Assembly: GCA_031424295.1 (NCBI GenBank)
Contig: JANPHE010000273.1
Coordinates: 1,832-65,831, forward strand
Reading direction: 5' to 3'
Length of the DNA stretch: 64,000 nt
Origin: Segetibacter sp.
Lineage (GTDB): Bacteria; Bacteroidota; Bacteroidia; Chitinophagales; Chitinophagaceae
The position numbers and the translations under genes were made by a program. This document shows, one piece after another, positions 26,577 through 37,093 of the stretch; positions within the stretch are counted from its first letter, which is position 1; every line of letters begins with the position of its first letter. The notes below the pieces were generated by a model. It was not told the DNA's origin, did no database searches, and was given only the letters and a program-made list of their open reading frames with translations.

Positions 26577-26921
26577 AGCGATTGATTTTTTAAAGTTTCT
26601 AAGTATTGATTTATTAATCATAGCCTTAAAAAAATATGCTATACTTTTTTGTTTGGGTAAGGCAAGAACTATTGTTTATCTCCTTTTACACGACTTATTA
26701 AAATGAAGTAAAATTTGACTTTCGATTAGGCTATTAATTCAGCCATTTAATTTAAAAATTAATTTTTATAAGTTTAGTGTGTTAACTAAAAATAAAGCCG
26801 TATTCATTTAGATTTATTAAATTTTATTTAATTGCAATTTTAGTGGCTTGTCATATCAATTTGAACGTTAACAACTAAAACAAGTTAATTTCGCCCAAAT
26901 TTAATACTCAATAGTTTTTGT

Positions 26922-28484
26922 ATGATCGATATCAAAGTTCCGGTAATAGGAGAATCAATTAATGAAGTAACCTTGGTAAAATGGGTAAAAAAAGCAGGCG
27001 ATTTTGTAGAAAGGGATGAGGTGATAGCTGAATTGGAAAGCGAAAAAGCAACTTTTGAGGTAAATGCAGAAAAAGCGGGAATTTTAACAACAAAAGTTGC
27101 CGAAGGGGATACATTATTGATTGGCTCTGTTTTGGCTCAAATTGATGAGGCAGCAGTTAATCCTAAAGGAACTGCCACTAAATCGTTGTTGGCTAAACCT
27201 TCTATTGAAGAAGTAATTGTACAGACAGAAGAGGTAACCAAATCTGTTGCTACAGGAAAAGGTACAATTGATATTAAAGTGCCGACAGTAGGGGAATCAA
27301 TAACCGAAGTGACTTTGGTGAAATGGTTGAAGAAGGACGGGGCGTTGGTACTTAGAGATGAAATGATTGCTGAAATGGAAAGTGAAAAGGCCACATTTGA
27401 ACTCAATGCAGAAGAAGCCGGACAACTAGCCCACAAAGCAAAAGAAGGAGATACTATAAATATTGGAGATATAGTTGCTTCTATCAATAGCGATGTAGCA
27501 GTGGATGAGGTTAAAGCAGTCATCAATGCTGCGGTACCCGAGAATTCTGTAAAACCAGCCCCAGCAAATGCTCCGGTTACAAGTATTTCAAACGATATTA
27601 AGGCTTCACCGGTAGCTGCTGCAATAATCGCAGATAAAAAAGTTGACCCATCAACCATACAAGCCAGCGGTTCTTTGGGTAAGATAATGAAAGACGATGT
27701 GTTGAATGCCTTGGCAAATCCAGGCAAAAAAGCTGCAGCGGGCCAAGAACTGTTTAGCCGCAATGAGCGCATTGAGAAGATGAGCAATCTTCGCAAGACC
27801 GTTAGCCGCAGACTTGTTGAAGCTAAAAATACTACAGCCATGCTCACCACTTTTAATGAAGTGGATATGAGTAAAATAATGGCGCTACGAACCCAATACA
27901 AAGATAAGTTCAAAGAAAAGCATGGTGTGAATCTGGGCTTTATGAGCTTCTTCACCAAAGCAGTTTGCTATGCACTTCAAGAATGGCCTAGTGTAAATGC
28001 CTATATTGATGGAGATACATTGGTATTCCATGATTATGTAGATATTTCTATTGCTGTTTCTGCCCCTAAAGGTTTGGTTGTTCCTGTAATCAGAAATGCT
28101 GAAAGTATGAGCATGTCTGATATAGAAAAGAAAGTAGTAGAACTAGCAGGCAAAGCAAGAGATAATAAATTGTCCATGCAGGAAATGCAGGGCGGTACTT
28201 TTACCATTACAAACGGTGGTGTATTTGGATCGTTGATGTCAACACCGATTATCAATATTCCTCAAAGTGCAATACTTGGGATGCACAAAATACAAGAAAG
28301 ACCGATGGCTATTAATGGTCAGGTAGTAATTAAGCCAATGATGTATTTGGCACTCAGCTACGATCACAGGATAATAGATGGTCGCGAAAGTGTAAGCTTT
28401 CTTGTAAGGGTAAAGGAGTTGTTGGAAGCCCCTGAACTACTTTTGTTTGGCAAAGATCCGGTCAAGACATTGTTGGAATTATAG
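26922..28484 (+). CDS. sucB: Dihydrolipoyllysine-residue succinyltransferase (E2o) with two lipoyl domains
   Basis: Two lipoyl domains ([13 protein letters not shown] and [13 protein letters not shown]). The C-terminal catalytic domain carries [12 protein letters not shown]. Confidence 0.95.
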   Translation: MIDIKVPVIGESINEVTLVKWVKKAGDFVERDEVIAELESEKATFEVNAEKAGILTTKVAEGDTLLIGSVLAQIDEAAVNPKGTATKSLLAKPSIEEVIVQTEEVTKSVATGKGTIDIKVPTVGESITEVTLVKWLKKDGALVLRDEMIAEMESEKATFELNAEEAGQLAHKAKEGDTINIGDIVASINSDVAVDEVKAVINAAVPENSVKPAPANAPVTSISNDIKASPVAAAIIADKKVDPSTIQASGSLGKIMKDDVLNALANPGKKAAAGQELFSRNERIEKMSNLRKTVSRRLVEAKNTTAMLTTFNEVDMSKIMALRTQYKDKFKEKHGVNLGFMSFFTKAVCYALQEWPSVNAYIDGDTLVFHDYVDISIAVSAPKGLVVPVIRNAESMSMSDIEKKVVELAGKARDNKLSMQEMQGGTFTITNGGVFGSLMSTPIINIPQSAILGMHKIQERPMAINGQVVIKPMMYLALSYDHRIIDGRESVSFLVRVKELLEAPELLLFGKDPVKTLLEL

Positions 28485-28892
28485 GTTAATTTTATTCCTA
28501 ATGGTTATTATTTCGTAATAGATATTTTCCTTTTCATTATTTTTAATAGAAAATTGGACTGTTCAATATGTTCTTGATATCAGCCAATAAAAAGTTGCTG
28601 CAAAACTATTATTCTAAAAAATGACCATTAAAGGCGAAATATAGCTGTAGGAGCTATCTTAGTTTTGCAACTTAATATTTTGATTTTTCCTCTTTCTTTC
28701 ACAATTGAATTGATTGAAAACTAGTAATACAATTTTTCTTGTTCAAATAATGCTATAATCATTAAGCGAAAAAATACAGCCTTTGCATATAATTTGTATT
28801 TATTGCAATTAGATTATTTTGCCATTTACAGGCAGCAATCATTAAATTTGGGGTATCTATAGTTTAAAGAATCTTGAAATTCATGTAAAGTT

Positions 28893-29429
28893 TTGACTGA
28901 ATACGAAATCATCAAGGGGTGTCTTAATGACAATATTAAGTGCCAGCAGAAGCTTTTTGAGCTGTACGCAGGCAAGATGATGACTGTATGCCTTCGCTAT
29001 TCTAAAGACCAGATGGAGGCGGAAGATATGTTGCAGGATGCCTTTATTAGGGTTTTCAAATACATTCACCAGTTTAAATTTGATGGTTCTTTTGAAGGTT
29101 GGGTAAGGAGAGTAGTAGTAAACACTGCACTTAAATATGTAACGAAAAAGAAACTGAAATTTACTGATACTGACGATTATAATGAAGCAAAAAATCAATT
29201 GCAATCATATGCTTATTCAAATTTGGGAGAAGAAGAAATTCTAAAATTGATTAACCAGTTGCCTGAAGGCTATAGATTGGTATTCAACTTGAATATTATT
29301 GAAGGATATAGCCACGATGAAATTGCAAAAATGCTTAAGATTGAGGCATCTACCAGCAGAAGTCAATTGGTCAAAGCTAGAAAGATGCTTCAAAATAAAA
29401 TACTGAACATGCACAAAATAGCTGTATAA
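28893..29429 (+). CDS. ECF-type RNA polymerase sigma-70 factor
   Basis: Region 2 is EDMLQDAFIRVFKYIHQF...FEGWVRRVVVNTAL. Region 4 is EGYSHDEIAKMLKIEASTSRSQLVKARKML. The TTG start at 28893 is uncertain. Confidence 0.85.
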   Translation: MTEYEIIKGCLNDNIKCQQKLFELYAGKMMTVCLRYSKDQMEAEDMLQDAFIRVFKYIHQFKFDGSFEGWVRRVVVNTALKYVTKKKLKFTDTDDYNEAKNQLQSYAYSNLGEEEILKLINQLPEGYRLVFNLNIIEGYSHDEIAKMLKIEASTSRSQLVKARKMLQNKILNMHKIAV

Positions 29430-30869
29430 ATGCGTGACAACACATTTGATAATTTTATAAAGGAGAAGGTTAATAACCATGCGTCTGCTGTGCCTACAGA
29501 TATGTGGCAGAGAATTATGCAGGAGAAAAAGAAAGATCGAAAAGTTATTTGGTGGAATAGCCAACTTCTTTTGATTGCAGGTATTTTATTAATGTCAATA
29601 GCTGCGGGTTCTTATTTCTGGTACAACGCAGCTTCAAATGAAAACGATTTTGCTATTTATAACCAAAAGAATGTAGCAAATGAACTTCCATCAAACAGAA
29701 AAAAATTATTATCATCAACAATTCAAAAGTCTTCAAATATTGAAGCGCTAATTAATATTGAAGTAAAAGCAAGTAGTGCTGAGCCTACTGAAAAAACTAA
29801 AGCTGCATTCATCCGAAACACTTCAAGTTCTAAAGCTAATTCCGTTGAAACAATTGCTACTCATCTATCTGTGTCTAACCCATTATTTAGCTTACGGAAT
29901 AGGTTGAAGCTTGGTCAGCCAAAAGGAAAAAACAACATTGATGGAGAGCAAATTGTTCAACCATTTATGAGCGATTGGGAAGCTAGTGTGAATAAGTCAA
30001 ATACAAATTTCCTGCCGGAAATAAGCAAACTTAATAGACCAACTGGATTAGCTAATTTGAAAACAAATATGAATGCCTTAAAAATTTCAGGTTTTCAAAA
30101 AATAGATTGCCCAAAATCTGGTGATGCACAAAATGGAGATTGGTTTATTGAGGTATACGGATCCCCTGATTTAGTAACTAAGCAAAACACATTAAACAAA
30201 GGCACTAGCACCAGATTGCTTCAAAGTAAAGACAGTAGTGAATCCAGGCAATTATCATTCACTGCTGGTGTAAGGTTTTCAAAGGAATTAGGAGAAAATA
30301 TGGTGTTCAAAACAGGGTTTCAGTTTACACAAATGAATGAAAAATTCACGAACCGGATTGAAAACGAAAGGAGGTTAACTACAGTTGTTACTACGCGTAC
30401 AATTATTGGTTCACAAGGTCAAACTATTTTGGTTAAAGATACATCAGTTACTGAACAAATTGGATATTCCCAAACTACTTCCTATAATCGATATCGGAGT
30501 ATAGACATACCATTATTACTTGGGTATGTTTTTACACTTGATGGTTGGCAAATTGGAGTAAACGGTGGTCCAATTCTAAATATAAAATCATGGCAAGAGG
30601 GCGAAGGTTTAGATGCCAATTTGTTGCCGGTTTCCTTTGCAAAAAATAAGGCTACAGTTTATAAAAAGAATACTGGTTTTGGTCTATATGGGGGGGTAAG
30701 TATTATCAAGTGGGTTGGGGCTAGGACAAGTGTATTTGCTGAGCCCTATATTAGGTATAACCTTTCTAGTTTAACCAACAGTTCAAGCATAGTCAATGAA
30801 AAGTATAAACTATCTGGTATGTTATTAGGGGTTCGTTATAATTTATCAAACTTTAAGGCAACGCATTGA
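29430..30869 (+). CDS. Membrane-anchored protein with a C-terminal porin-like beta-barrel (putative anti-sigma partner)
   Basis: The ATG abuts the sigma factor stop (taaATG). A short cytoplasmic N-terminus is followed by a single TM helix (LLLIAGILLMSIAAGSYFW). The C-terminal ~230 aa have beta-strand periodicity, as in OMP_b-brl_2-type domains. Confidence 0.55.
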   Translation: MRDNTFDNFIKEKVNNHASAVPTDMWQRIMQEKKKDRKVIWWNSQLLLIAGILLMSIAAGSYFWYNAASNENDFAIYNQKNVANELPSNRKKLLSSTIQKSSNIEALINIEVKASSAEPTEKTKAAFIRNTSSSKANSVETIATHLSVSNPLFSLRNRLKLGQPKGKNNIDGEQIVQPFMSDWEASVNKSNTNFLPEISKLNRPTGLANLKTNMNALKISGFQKIDCPKSGDAQNGDWFIEVYGSPDLVTKQNTLNKGTSTRLLQSKDSSESRQLSFTAGVRFSKELGENMVFKTGFQFTQMNEKFTNRIENERRLTTVVTTRTIIGSQGQTILVKDTSVTEQIGYSQTTSYNRYRSIDIPLLLGYVFTLDGWQIGVNGGPILNIKSWQEGEGLDANLLPVSFAKNKATVYKKNTGFGLYGGVSIIKWVGARTSVFAEPYIRYNLSSLTNSSSIVNEKYKLSGMLLGVRYNLSNFKATH

Positions 30870-30890
30870 TCTTAGGTGGTATCTGATAAA

Positions 30891-31898
30891 ATGAGAAACA
30901 ATTTGATGAAAAACATTTTAGTACTTTTTTTTGTAGCATTTTTATTGACGAGTTGCAGCAAAGACAACTCAGTAGAATTTGTACCATACATTGGTCATCC
31001 CTTAAATGATACTACGTGGGCGATCAATGTGCCAATGGATGCTTCTGCTTACAGGCTATCTCAGGAATTTTCTTATACACCTTTGGTTGACTCTTTTAAC
31101 GCATCATCCACTTCTGTAGTTAAATTTTCTAACAATGTTGAGGTAACTATTCCTTCTGGAAGTTGCGTCTTTGCCAATGGTAATGCAGTAAGTGGTACCG
31201 TGAAAATTGAATTACTCGTATTGAACAAAAAAGGCGACTATATTCGCTTTGCCAGGCCTACTACTAGCTACTCTAGTATTTTGGAAAGTGCAGGTTCTTT
31301 TTATATCAATACTAGCCAAAATGGTTCGGAAGTATTGTTGAGGTCCAATAAAAGAGCGATTATTAATTTTATCGATTCTTCACCTGTAAACAATATGTTG
31401 GTATTTTATGGTCAGCACAATCCTGTACCCCCATTGCCAATTGGCACCAATCCACTATTTACTTGGATGAAAGCTAGAGATTCTTCAAGGGTTACAACAT
31501 TTACAAGAGTTAATACAAGTGGAGTTGTAAAAGGATATAACTTATTTTCTGGAAAATTTGATTGGATAACTTGTGAAAGGTTTAGGGACACTTCTATGCC
31601 AAGAACCAAAATAACAACGTTACTTCCAGCAAACTATACAAATACCAACACCACTACCTATGCGGTCTTTAAGCATTCCAATACAATAGTCCAACTGCTT
31701 GGTGACCATGAAAGTCGCACATTCTTTACTGCCGGTATTCCAATTAACGAAGAAATAATATTGGTGTCCATTTCATTAAGGGGCACCGAATTCTACCTTG
31801 GAACCAAGGAGATTGTTGCTTTAGATAACATGGTTGTCTCTATGACACCGGAGCTAAAAACAAAAAGCGAAATAGAATTGGTCTTAGATAGTCTATAA
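30891..31898 (+). CDS. Lipoprotein of unknown function
   Basis: The lipobox LLTSC follows MRNNLMKNILVLFFVAF. It is the third gene of the ECF operon. Confidence 0.5.
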   Translation: MRNNLMKNILVLFFVAFLLTSCSKDNSVEFVPYIGHPLNDTTWAINVPMDASAYRLSQEFSYTPLVDSFNASSTSVVKFSNNVEVTIPSGSCVFANGNAVSGTVKIELLVLNKKGDYIRFARPTTSYSSILESAGSFYINTSQNGSEVLLRSNKRAIINFIDSSPVNNMLVFYGQHNPVPPLPIGTNPLFTWMKARDSSRVTTFTRVNTSGVVKGYNLFSGKFDWITCERFRDTSMPRTKITTLLPANYTNTNTTTYAVFKHSNTIVQLLGDHESRTFFTAGIPINEEIILVSISLRGTEFYLGTKEIVALDNMVVSMTPELKTKSEIELVLDSL

Positions 31899-31966
31899 GG
31901 ATTTATTTCAGATTTTATAACATAGTTATAAGGATTTTGACTGTAATAGCTATGGTTTAAATAACT

Positions 31967-32518
31967 ATGTTTATTTTCGTACAAATTTTTTTTTTGAAAT
32001 TAATACTTACAGAACCACAAATAGCTTTAACTATAAAAAGGCTAGCCCATCAGATATTGGAGAATCACGTGGATTTTTCTAACACTGTAATTATTGGTTT
32101 GCAGCCACGGGGTGTATTTTTAAGTGACCAGATAGCAGAAGAGTTGAAAAAAAACCTGCCAACTGAAAAACTGAATTATGGCTATTTGGATATCACTTTT
32201 TATAGAGATGATGTAAGGCGAGAATTAAAAGTTCCAAATAAGACGCAAATTGATTTCAGTATAGATAATAGAAAGGTTGTTTTAATTGATGATGTGCTTT
32301 ATACGGGAAGGACTATCAGGGCAGCGTTGGACGCTTTGCAAGATTTTGGAAGGCCATCAAGTGTTGAATTATGTGTATTAATAGATCGAAGATTTAGTAG
32401 AGAATTGCCGATACAACCAGATTATACTGGAAAAGTGATTGACGCATTGATAAGTCAAAAAGTGAAGGTATTGTGGAAACAGAAAGATGAGAAAACAGAG
32501 GTGGTTATAACAGATTAA
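31967..32518 (+). CDS. pyrR: Bifunctional pyrimidine operon regulator / uracil phosphoribosyltransferase PyrR
   Basis: VVLIDDVLYTGRTIRAAL is the PRPP-binding motif, and LIDRRFSRELPIQPDYTGK is PyrR-typical. The true start may be the TTG at 31994. Confidence 0.85.
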   Translation: MFIFVQIFFLKLILTEPQIALTIKRLAHQILENHVDFSNTVIIGLQPRGVFLSDQIAEELKKNLPTEKLNYGYLDITFYRDDVRRELKVPNKTQIDFSIDNRKVVLIDDVLYTGRTIRAALDALQDFGRPSSVELCVLIDRRFSRELPIQPDYTGKVIDALISQKVKVLWKQKDEKTEVVITD

Positions 32519-32539
32519 TTTTTTGCTGTTTACCAACAC

Positions 32540-33907
32540 TTAATTTCTGGGAAGATAGAGTGAAAATAGGTTAATGTTGTTGCCAATTGAATTATAAGTA
32601 ATGGTGCCGCTGTGGAGTTTAACGATTGTTTCTACTATTGATAATCCAAGTCCATAACCCTTTTTATGCATTGAGTTTTCACCTCTGAAAAATGGGATAA
32701 ATAATTTAACCTGATCTTCTTTGGATAGTATTTTTCCTTGGTTCTCAAATAATATTTGAATACGATCTTCGGAAACTGAAATTAGGATTTTTACTTTTTG
32801 ATTATCGGAATATTGAATTGCATTTTTAATTAGGTTTTGTAATGCAGATTTTATTAATGTTTCATTTCCTTCCACTACTAGGAGGCTTTCGTTTTCTGGC
32901 ATTTCTTTAAAGTCAACAATTATGATTGCTTCTTTCCAAATCTGGTTTACAAAGTCTATACACTGAAATAATACATCGTCGATTCTTACAGGGGCTAATT
33001 CTTTTATCTCATCTAATTGCTCATAACTTGAGAGCGTTAAAAGGGAATTTATAAGTTCAATTAAGTCTTGCTGATCTTCTTGCAACGACTCGAGTACCAA
33101 GCGGTAAGATTGTAGAGTCATTGGCCTGTTTAAAGCAGCCTCTGTTTGCGAAAGCATAATCGCCAAAGGCGTTCTGAGTTCATGTGAAGCGTGCTGAACA
33201 AAGTTCTTACGGTGTTCAAAGGCATTTTCAAGCCGATCAAGCATTGCATTGAATTGTTGACCAATTTGAGTCAGTTCATTTTGCCCCTTTACTACAACTC
33301 TTTCTTCAAGATTTGCTTCTGTTATGTTTTCAATTTGCATCCTTAAATTTTCGAGTGGTTTTAGGGCTTGGGTAACATAAATAAAAGCTAAAAACCCTGA
33401 AAGTAGAATACCAGAAATAGCAGATGCAATAAGTAATATTTTGAGGTTGTTACTTTTACTGTATCCAAATAAGTCTAATGCCGTTACAATTACATAGTGG
33501 GGTTTTATATTATGCTCATATAGTACAACACCTTGGTGTTCATTCATATCTGACGGTAATGAAATAATTTTCTCTTTTCGTGCTTTAGCAAACAATTCCA
33601 ATGAGATAAAAGGGAGTGATGAAGCAGGGCTTTTGTAAATGGTGGTGAATTGGGTATCTATGATAATGATATTTTCCTTTACAAGAGAGTTTAATGCATT
33701 TTCATTTAACGCTGCAATGGATGTTTTACTCAAGCCTGTATCACCAATAAATGTTCTATTGCTTTCATATGCTTCTAAAATCAAGCGTTTGTAATACTCT
33801 TCTTTTCTAAAATTTTCATTGAAATAGTAAATGGAAAGAGCTGAAATAGTAAGAATAAAAAAAACGGAAATGCTAAATAGTAATGCTAGTCTTAATTTTA
33901 AGGTCAT
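32540..33907 (-). CDS. Sensor histidine kinase (two TM helices, HAMP, HisKA, HATPase_c)
   Basis: H-box FVQHASHELRTPLA. N-box and G-boxes are LQNLIKNAIQYS and KGYGLGLSIV. Confidence 0.9.
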   Translation of the reverse strand: MTLKLRLALLFSISVFFILTISALSIYYFNENFRKEEYYKRLILEAYESNRTFIGDTGLSKTSIAALNENALNSLVKENIIIIDTQFTTIYKSPASSLPFISLELFAKARKEKIISLPSDMNEHQGVVLYEHNIKPHYVIVTALDLFGYSKSNNLKILLIASAISGILLSGFLAFIYVTQALKPLENLRMQIENITEANLEERVVVKGQNELTQIGQQFNAMLDRLENAFEHRKNFVQHASHELRTPLAIMLSQTEAALNRPMTLQSYRLVLESLQEDQQDLIELINSLLTLSSYEQLDEIKELAPVRIDDVLFQCIDFVNQIWKEAIIIVDFKEMPENESLLVVEGNETLIKSALQNLIKNAIQYSDNQKVKILISVSEDRIQILFENQGKILSKEDQVKLFIPFFRGENSMHKKGYGLGLSIVETIVKLHSGTITYNSIGNNINLFSLYLPRN

Positions 33908-33912
33908 ACTGA

Positions 33913-34605
33913 TTACAATTCATTCACTAAATAACCAAAACTAGGTTTTGTATGAATTAGTTTGACGCTATATGGCTTATCAATTTTGTTTCTCAGGAAA
34001 CTAATATAAACTTCGATAGTATTGGTGCCGGTATCAAAACTAAGTCCCCAAACTTTTTCAAGTATTTCTTGCTTGGAGATTACTTTCCCTTTGGATGCTA
34101 CTAATAATGCGAGTAAAGAAAATTCTTTTGCTGTTAAATTAATTCGATTGCCTGCCCTATTAACTTCCTTAGTCAACAAATTAATCTCAAGATCCGCAAT
34201 TGAAATTTTTTCAATTTGTTCTAAGTGTCTTTCGGTCCTTTTCAGAAAGACTTTAATTCTTGCAAATAATTCAGTAAAGTGAAAGGGTTTGACAATATAG
34301 TCATCAGCTCCAAGGTTAAAAGCGTCAATTTTGTCAGAAATCTCTCCCAAAGCCGTGAGCATGATTATAGGAACGTTTTTCTTAAGCTGCCTAAACTCTC
34401 TACATAAAGTGAAGCCATTTTTATACGGAAGATTTACATCTAATAGTACCAATGAATAATCGTGCTGAAAAAATAATTGTTCTGCAATTTGACCATCGAA
34501 TGCAAGATCTGTTAAATAACCTTGTCTTGTTAATTCTTCCTGAATCACTAGACCTAACTTCGGTTCATCTTCGGCTAAAAGTATTCTATATTGCTCTTTG
34601 TCCAT
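33913..34605 (-). CDS. OmpR-family response regulator
   Basis: Receiver motifs are ILLAEDEP, LVLLDVNLP and MLTA. The C-terminal winged helix is LTAKEFSLLALL...GYL. Confidence 0.9.
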   Translation of the reverse strand: MDKEQYRILLAEDEPKLGLVIQEELTRQGYLTDLAFDGQIAEQLFFQHDYSLVLLDVNLPYKNGFTLCREFRQLKKNVPIIMLTALGEISDKIDAFNLGADDYIVKPFHFTELFARIKVFLKRTERHLEQIEKISIADLEINLLTKEVNRAGNRINLTAKEFSLLALLVASKGKVISKQEILEKVWGLSFDTGTNTIEVYISFLRNKIDKPYSVKLIHTKPSFGYLVNEL

Positions 34606-34668
34606 TTACTCTTCAATCAAGTTTCAAGGTAAAATACGCTTATTTTATTGAATTTAATACCAATTTAT

Positions 34669-35382
34669 TTAATTAATTTGGATTATTGAACCACTACCAG
34701 CAATGTGTTTTTTCACCGCAGCATTTCCCTTATATTTCACATCTCCACTACCTGCTATAGAAGCATCCAGGTTAACCTCAGCATATATATTTGCATCTCC
34801 TGAACCGTTTATTTCAACTTTTGCATTTTCTGCTTTTAATTCCATGCCATTAAAACTACCACTACCTGCAATTTCAACATTTACGTCTCTGGTTTCTCCT
34901 CTCAATTCAATATTTCCACTTCCCATAATTTCTGCTTTTAGTGATGGTGAATGAACAAAAAGATTTATCGAACCACTTCCTGCAATCTCTACGTCAATAT
35001 TATTCTCTACATTAAACTTTTCTTCACCAAAAATCCTTCCACTACCCATTATTTTCAATTGTTTGATATCTTGAGTTGATACATAAACTTTTATTGAGTT
35101 GTCTGAACTCAAATTTGCATTATCTTTTGTTTTTACAACTAGCCAGCCGTCTTCAATTTGGGTAACTATATAGGGAATAATGTTTTCATCAGCTTCCACT
35201 CTAATACCTGAAGTACCAGGTGTAAGAATAATGTCTATCCCACCCGCTAATTTAATTTTTGGTAAAGCATTTATATTCCTGTTTTCAACAGTTACTTTTC
35301 CATTTCCTTTTATTCTTTTCCAATTGAAAACACAAGCATTTAGCGATAATAAAATAATGGTTAAGCAAAAAAGAGATTTCAT
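34669..35382 (-). CDS. DUF2807 / head-GIN-domain protein
   Basis: Signal peptide, then repeated GSGxI/GSGDV beta-helix-like repeats (IAGSGSINL, IMGSGNIEL, IAGSGSFNG, INGSGDANI, IAGSGDVKY, IAGSGSIIQ). Confidence 0.7.
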   Translation of the reverse strand: MKSLFCLTIILLSLNACVFNWKRIKGNGKVTVENRNINALPKIKLAGGIDIILTPGTSGIRVEADENIIPYIVTQIEDGWLVVKTKDNANLSSDNSIKVYVSTQDIKQLKIMGSGRIFGEEKFNVENNIDVEIAGSGSINLFVHSPSLKAEIMGSGNIELRGETRDVNVEIAGSGSFNGMELKAENAKVEINGSGDANIYAEVNLDASIAGSGDVKYKGNAAVKKHIAGSGSIIQIN

Positions 35383-35516
35383 AGCGTTTAAATTTTATTG
35401 GGGTAAATAAAATATTTGAGTTGCTGCAAGTTAACTTCTGATTGTTAAAAAGTGATAAACAGTTTTAAAAATTATATTTGCTCTACAATTGATTAATCAG
35501 TTGCCCAAATTTTTTT

Positions 35517-37055
35517 ATGAGCGAGAAAATAATAATTCTAGATTTTGGAAGCCAATATACGCAGTTGATAGCCAGGGTTGTGAGAGAGGCCAATGTTTAT
35601 TGCGAAATTCAACCTTTCCACAAAAACTTACAATTAGATGATTCCATAAAAGGAGTTATTCTTAGCGGATCACCTTTTTCTGTTAATGATGAGAATGCTC
35701 CGAACGTTGATATTTTGGACATTAATTCAAAATTGCCAGTACTAGGCATTTGTTACGGGGCACAACTTGCTGCTAAACAATTTGGTGGAATAGTTGAGAA
35801 AAGCAATAAGCGGGAGTATGGAAGGGCCCAGTTGCAAGTTCAGCAGCCTGATGATTCGCTATTGAAAGGAATATCATCTCATTCGCAAGTATGGATGAGT
35901 CATGGCGATTCTATTTTATCGCTACCTGAGACTTTTGAAATTCTAGCGACCACAGTTTCAATTCCTGTAGCAGCGTTTAGAAAAAAAGAAACAAATGGCT
36001 TTCCTTTTCATGCACTCCAGTTTCACCCGGAAGTTTACCATTCAACTGAAGGAAAAAAAATTATTTATAATTTTCTTGTAAATATTTGTAGCTGCAAGCA
36101 AGATTGGACACCAAACGCTTTTGTTCATGAAACTATTGAGCAAATCAAAGAACAAATTGGCGATGGCCAAGTAATAATGGCACTAAGCGGAGGCGTAGAT
36201 AGTACGGTAGCTGCAACCCTAATTAGTCGTGCAATTGGAGATAGGCTTCATGGTATTTTTGTAGACAATGGTGTACTTAGAAAAAATGAGTTTAATCAGG
36301 TACTAGAAACATATAAAAATATTGGTCTAAACGTAAAGGGGGTTGATTGCAAAAACCTTTTTTATGACCAGCTAAAAGGAAAAAGCGATCCTGAAGAGAA
36401 AAGAAAGGTCATAGGAGGGCTATTTATTGATGTTTTTCAAAAGGAAGCTTTAGCGTTGACAGGTATTTCCTTTTTAGGCCAAGGCACTATTTATCCTGAT
36501 GTAATTGAAAGCATTAGTGTACATGGTCCTTCTGCAACAATCAAATCGCACCATAATGTAGGGGGATTGCCAGAAAAAATGCACCTCAAGTTAGTGGAGC
36601 CATTGAGATACCTATTTAAGGACGAAGTTAGAAAGGTTGGTTTGGAGTTAGATATTCCACATGATCAGGTTTTTCGCCATCCTTTTCCAGGCCCGGGACT
36701 GGCTATTCGTATTCTTGGCGAGGTGACAGAAGAAAAAGTAAGGCTTTTGCAAGAGGCTGACGATATTTATGTTCGCGGATTAAAAGAACATAAATTGTAT
36801 TCCAGTATCTGGCAGGCCGGGTCTATATTGCTGCCCATTAAAAGCGTTGGGGTGATGGGCGATGAGCGTACTTATGAATTTACCTTGGCACTTAGGGCTG
36901 TAACTTCGGTAGATGGCATGACTGCGGATTGGGCTCATTTGCCTTACGAGTTCTTGGCGCATATTTCAAACGAAATAATAAACAATGTTCGGGGGATAAA
37001 TAGGGTAGTTTATGATATAAGTTCTAAGCCTCCGGCAACTATTGAATGGGAATAG
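35517..37055 (+). CDS. guaA: Glutamine-hydrolysing GMP synthase
   Basis: The GATase domain carries GICYGAQL. The PP-loop is SGGVDSTV, and the C-terminal dimerisation block ends ...KPPATIEWE. Confidence 0.95.
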   Translation: MSEKIIILDFGSQYTQLIARVVREANVYCEIQPFHKNLQLDDSIKGVILSGSPFSVNDENAPNVDILDINSKLPVLGICYGAQLAAKQFGGIVEKSNKREYGRAQLQVQQPDDSLLKGISSHSQVWMSHGDSILSLPETFEILATTVSIPVAAFRKKETNGFPFHALQFHPEVYHSTEGKKIIYNFLVNICSCKQDWTPNAFVHETIEQIKEQIGDGQVIMALSGGVDSTVAATLISRAIGDRLHGIFVDNGVLRKNEFNQVLETYKNIGLNVKGVDCKNLFYDQLKGKSDPEEKRKVIGGLFIDVFQKEALALTGISFLGQGTIYPDVIESISVHGPSATIKSHHNVGGLPEKMHLKLVEPLRYLFKDEVRKVGLELDIPHDQVFRHPFPGPGLAIRILGEVTEEKVRLLQEADDIYVRGLKEHKLYSSIWQAGSILLPIKSVGVMGDERTYEFTLALRAVTSVDGMTADWAHLPYEFLAHISNEIINNVRGINRVVYDISSKPPATIEWE

Positions 37056-37093
37056 GCACTAAATTTGTTTATCATGGACAAATTAATAAATTA

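Noticed and set aside
27137-27958. 273-aa minus-strand ORF
   Set aside because: It lies completely inside sucB on the opposite strand and is Ser/Ala/Leu-rich. It is the shadow of the Ala/Glu/Lys-rich linker regions.
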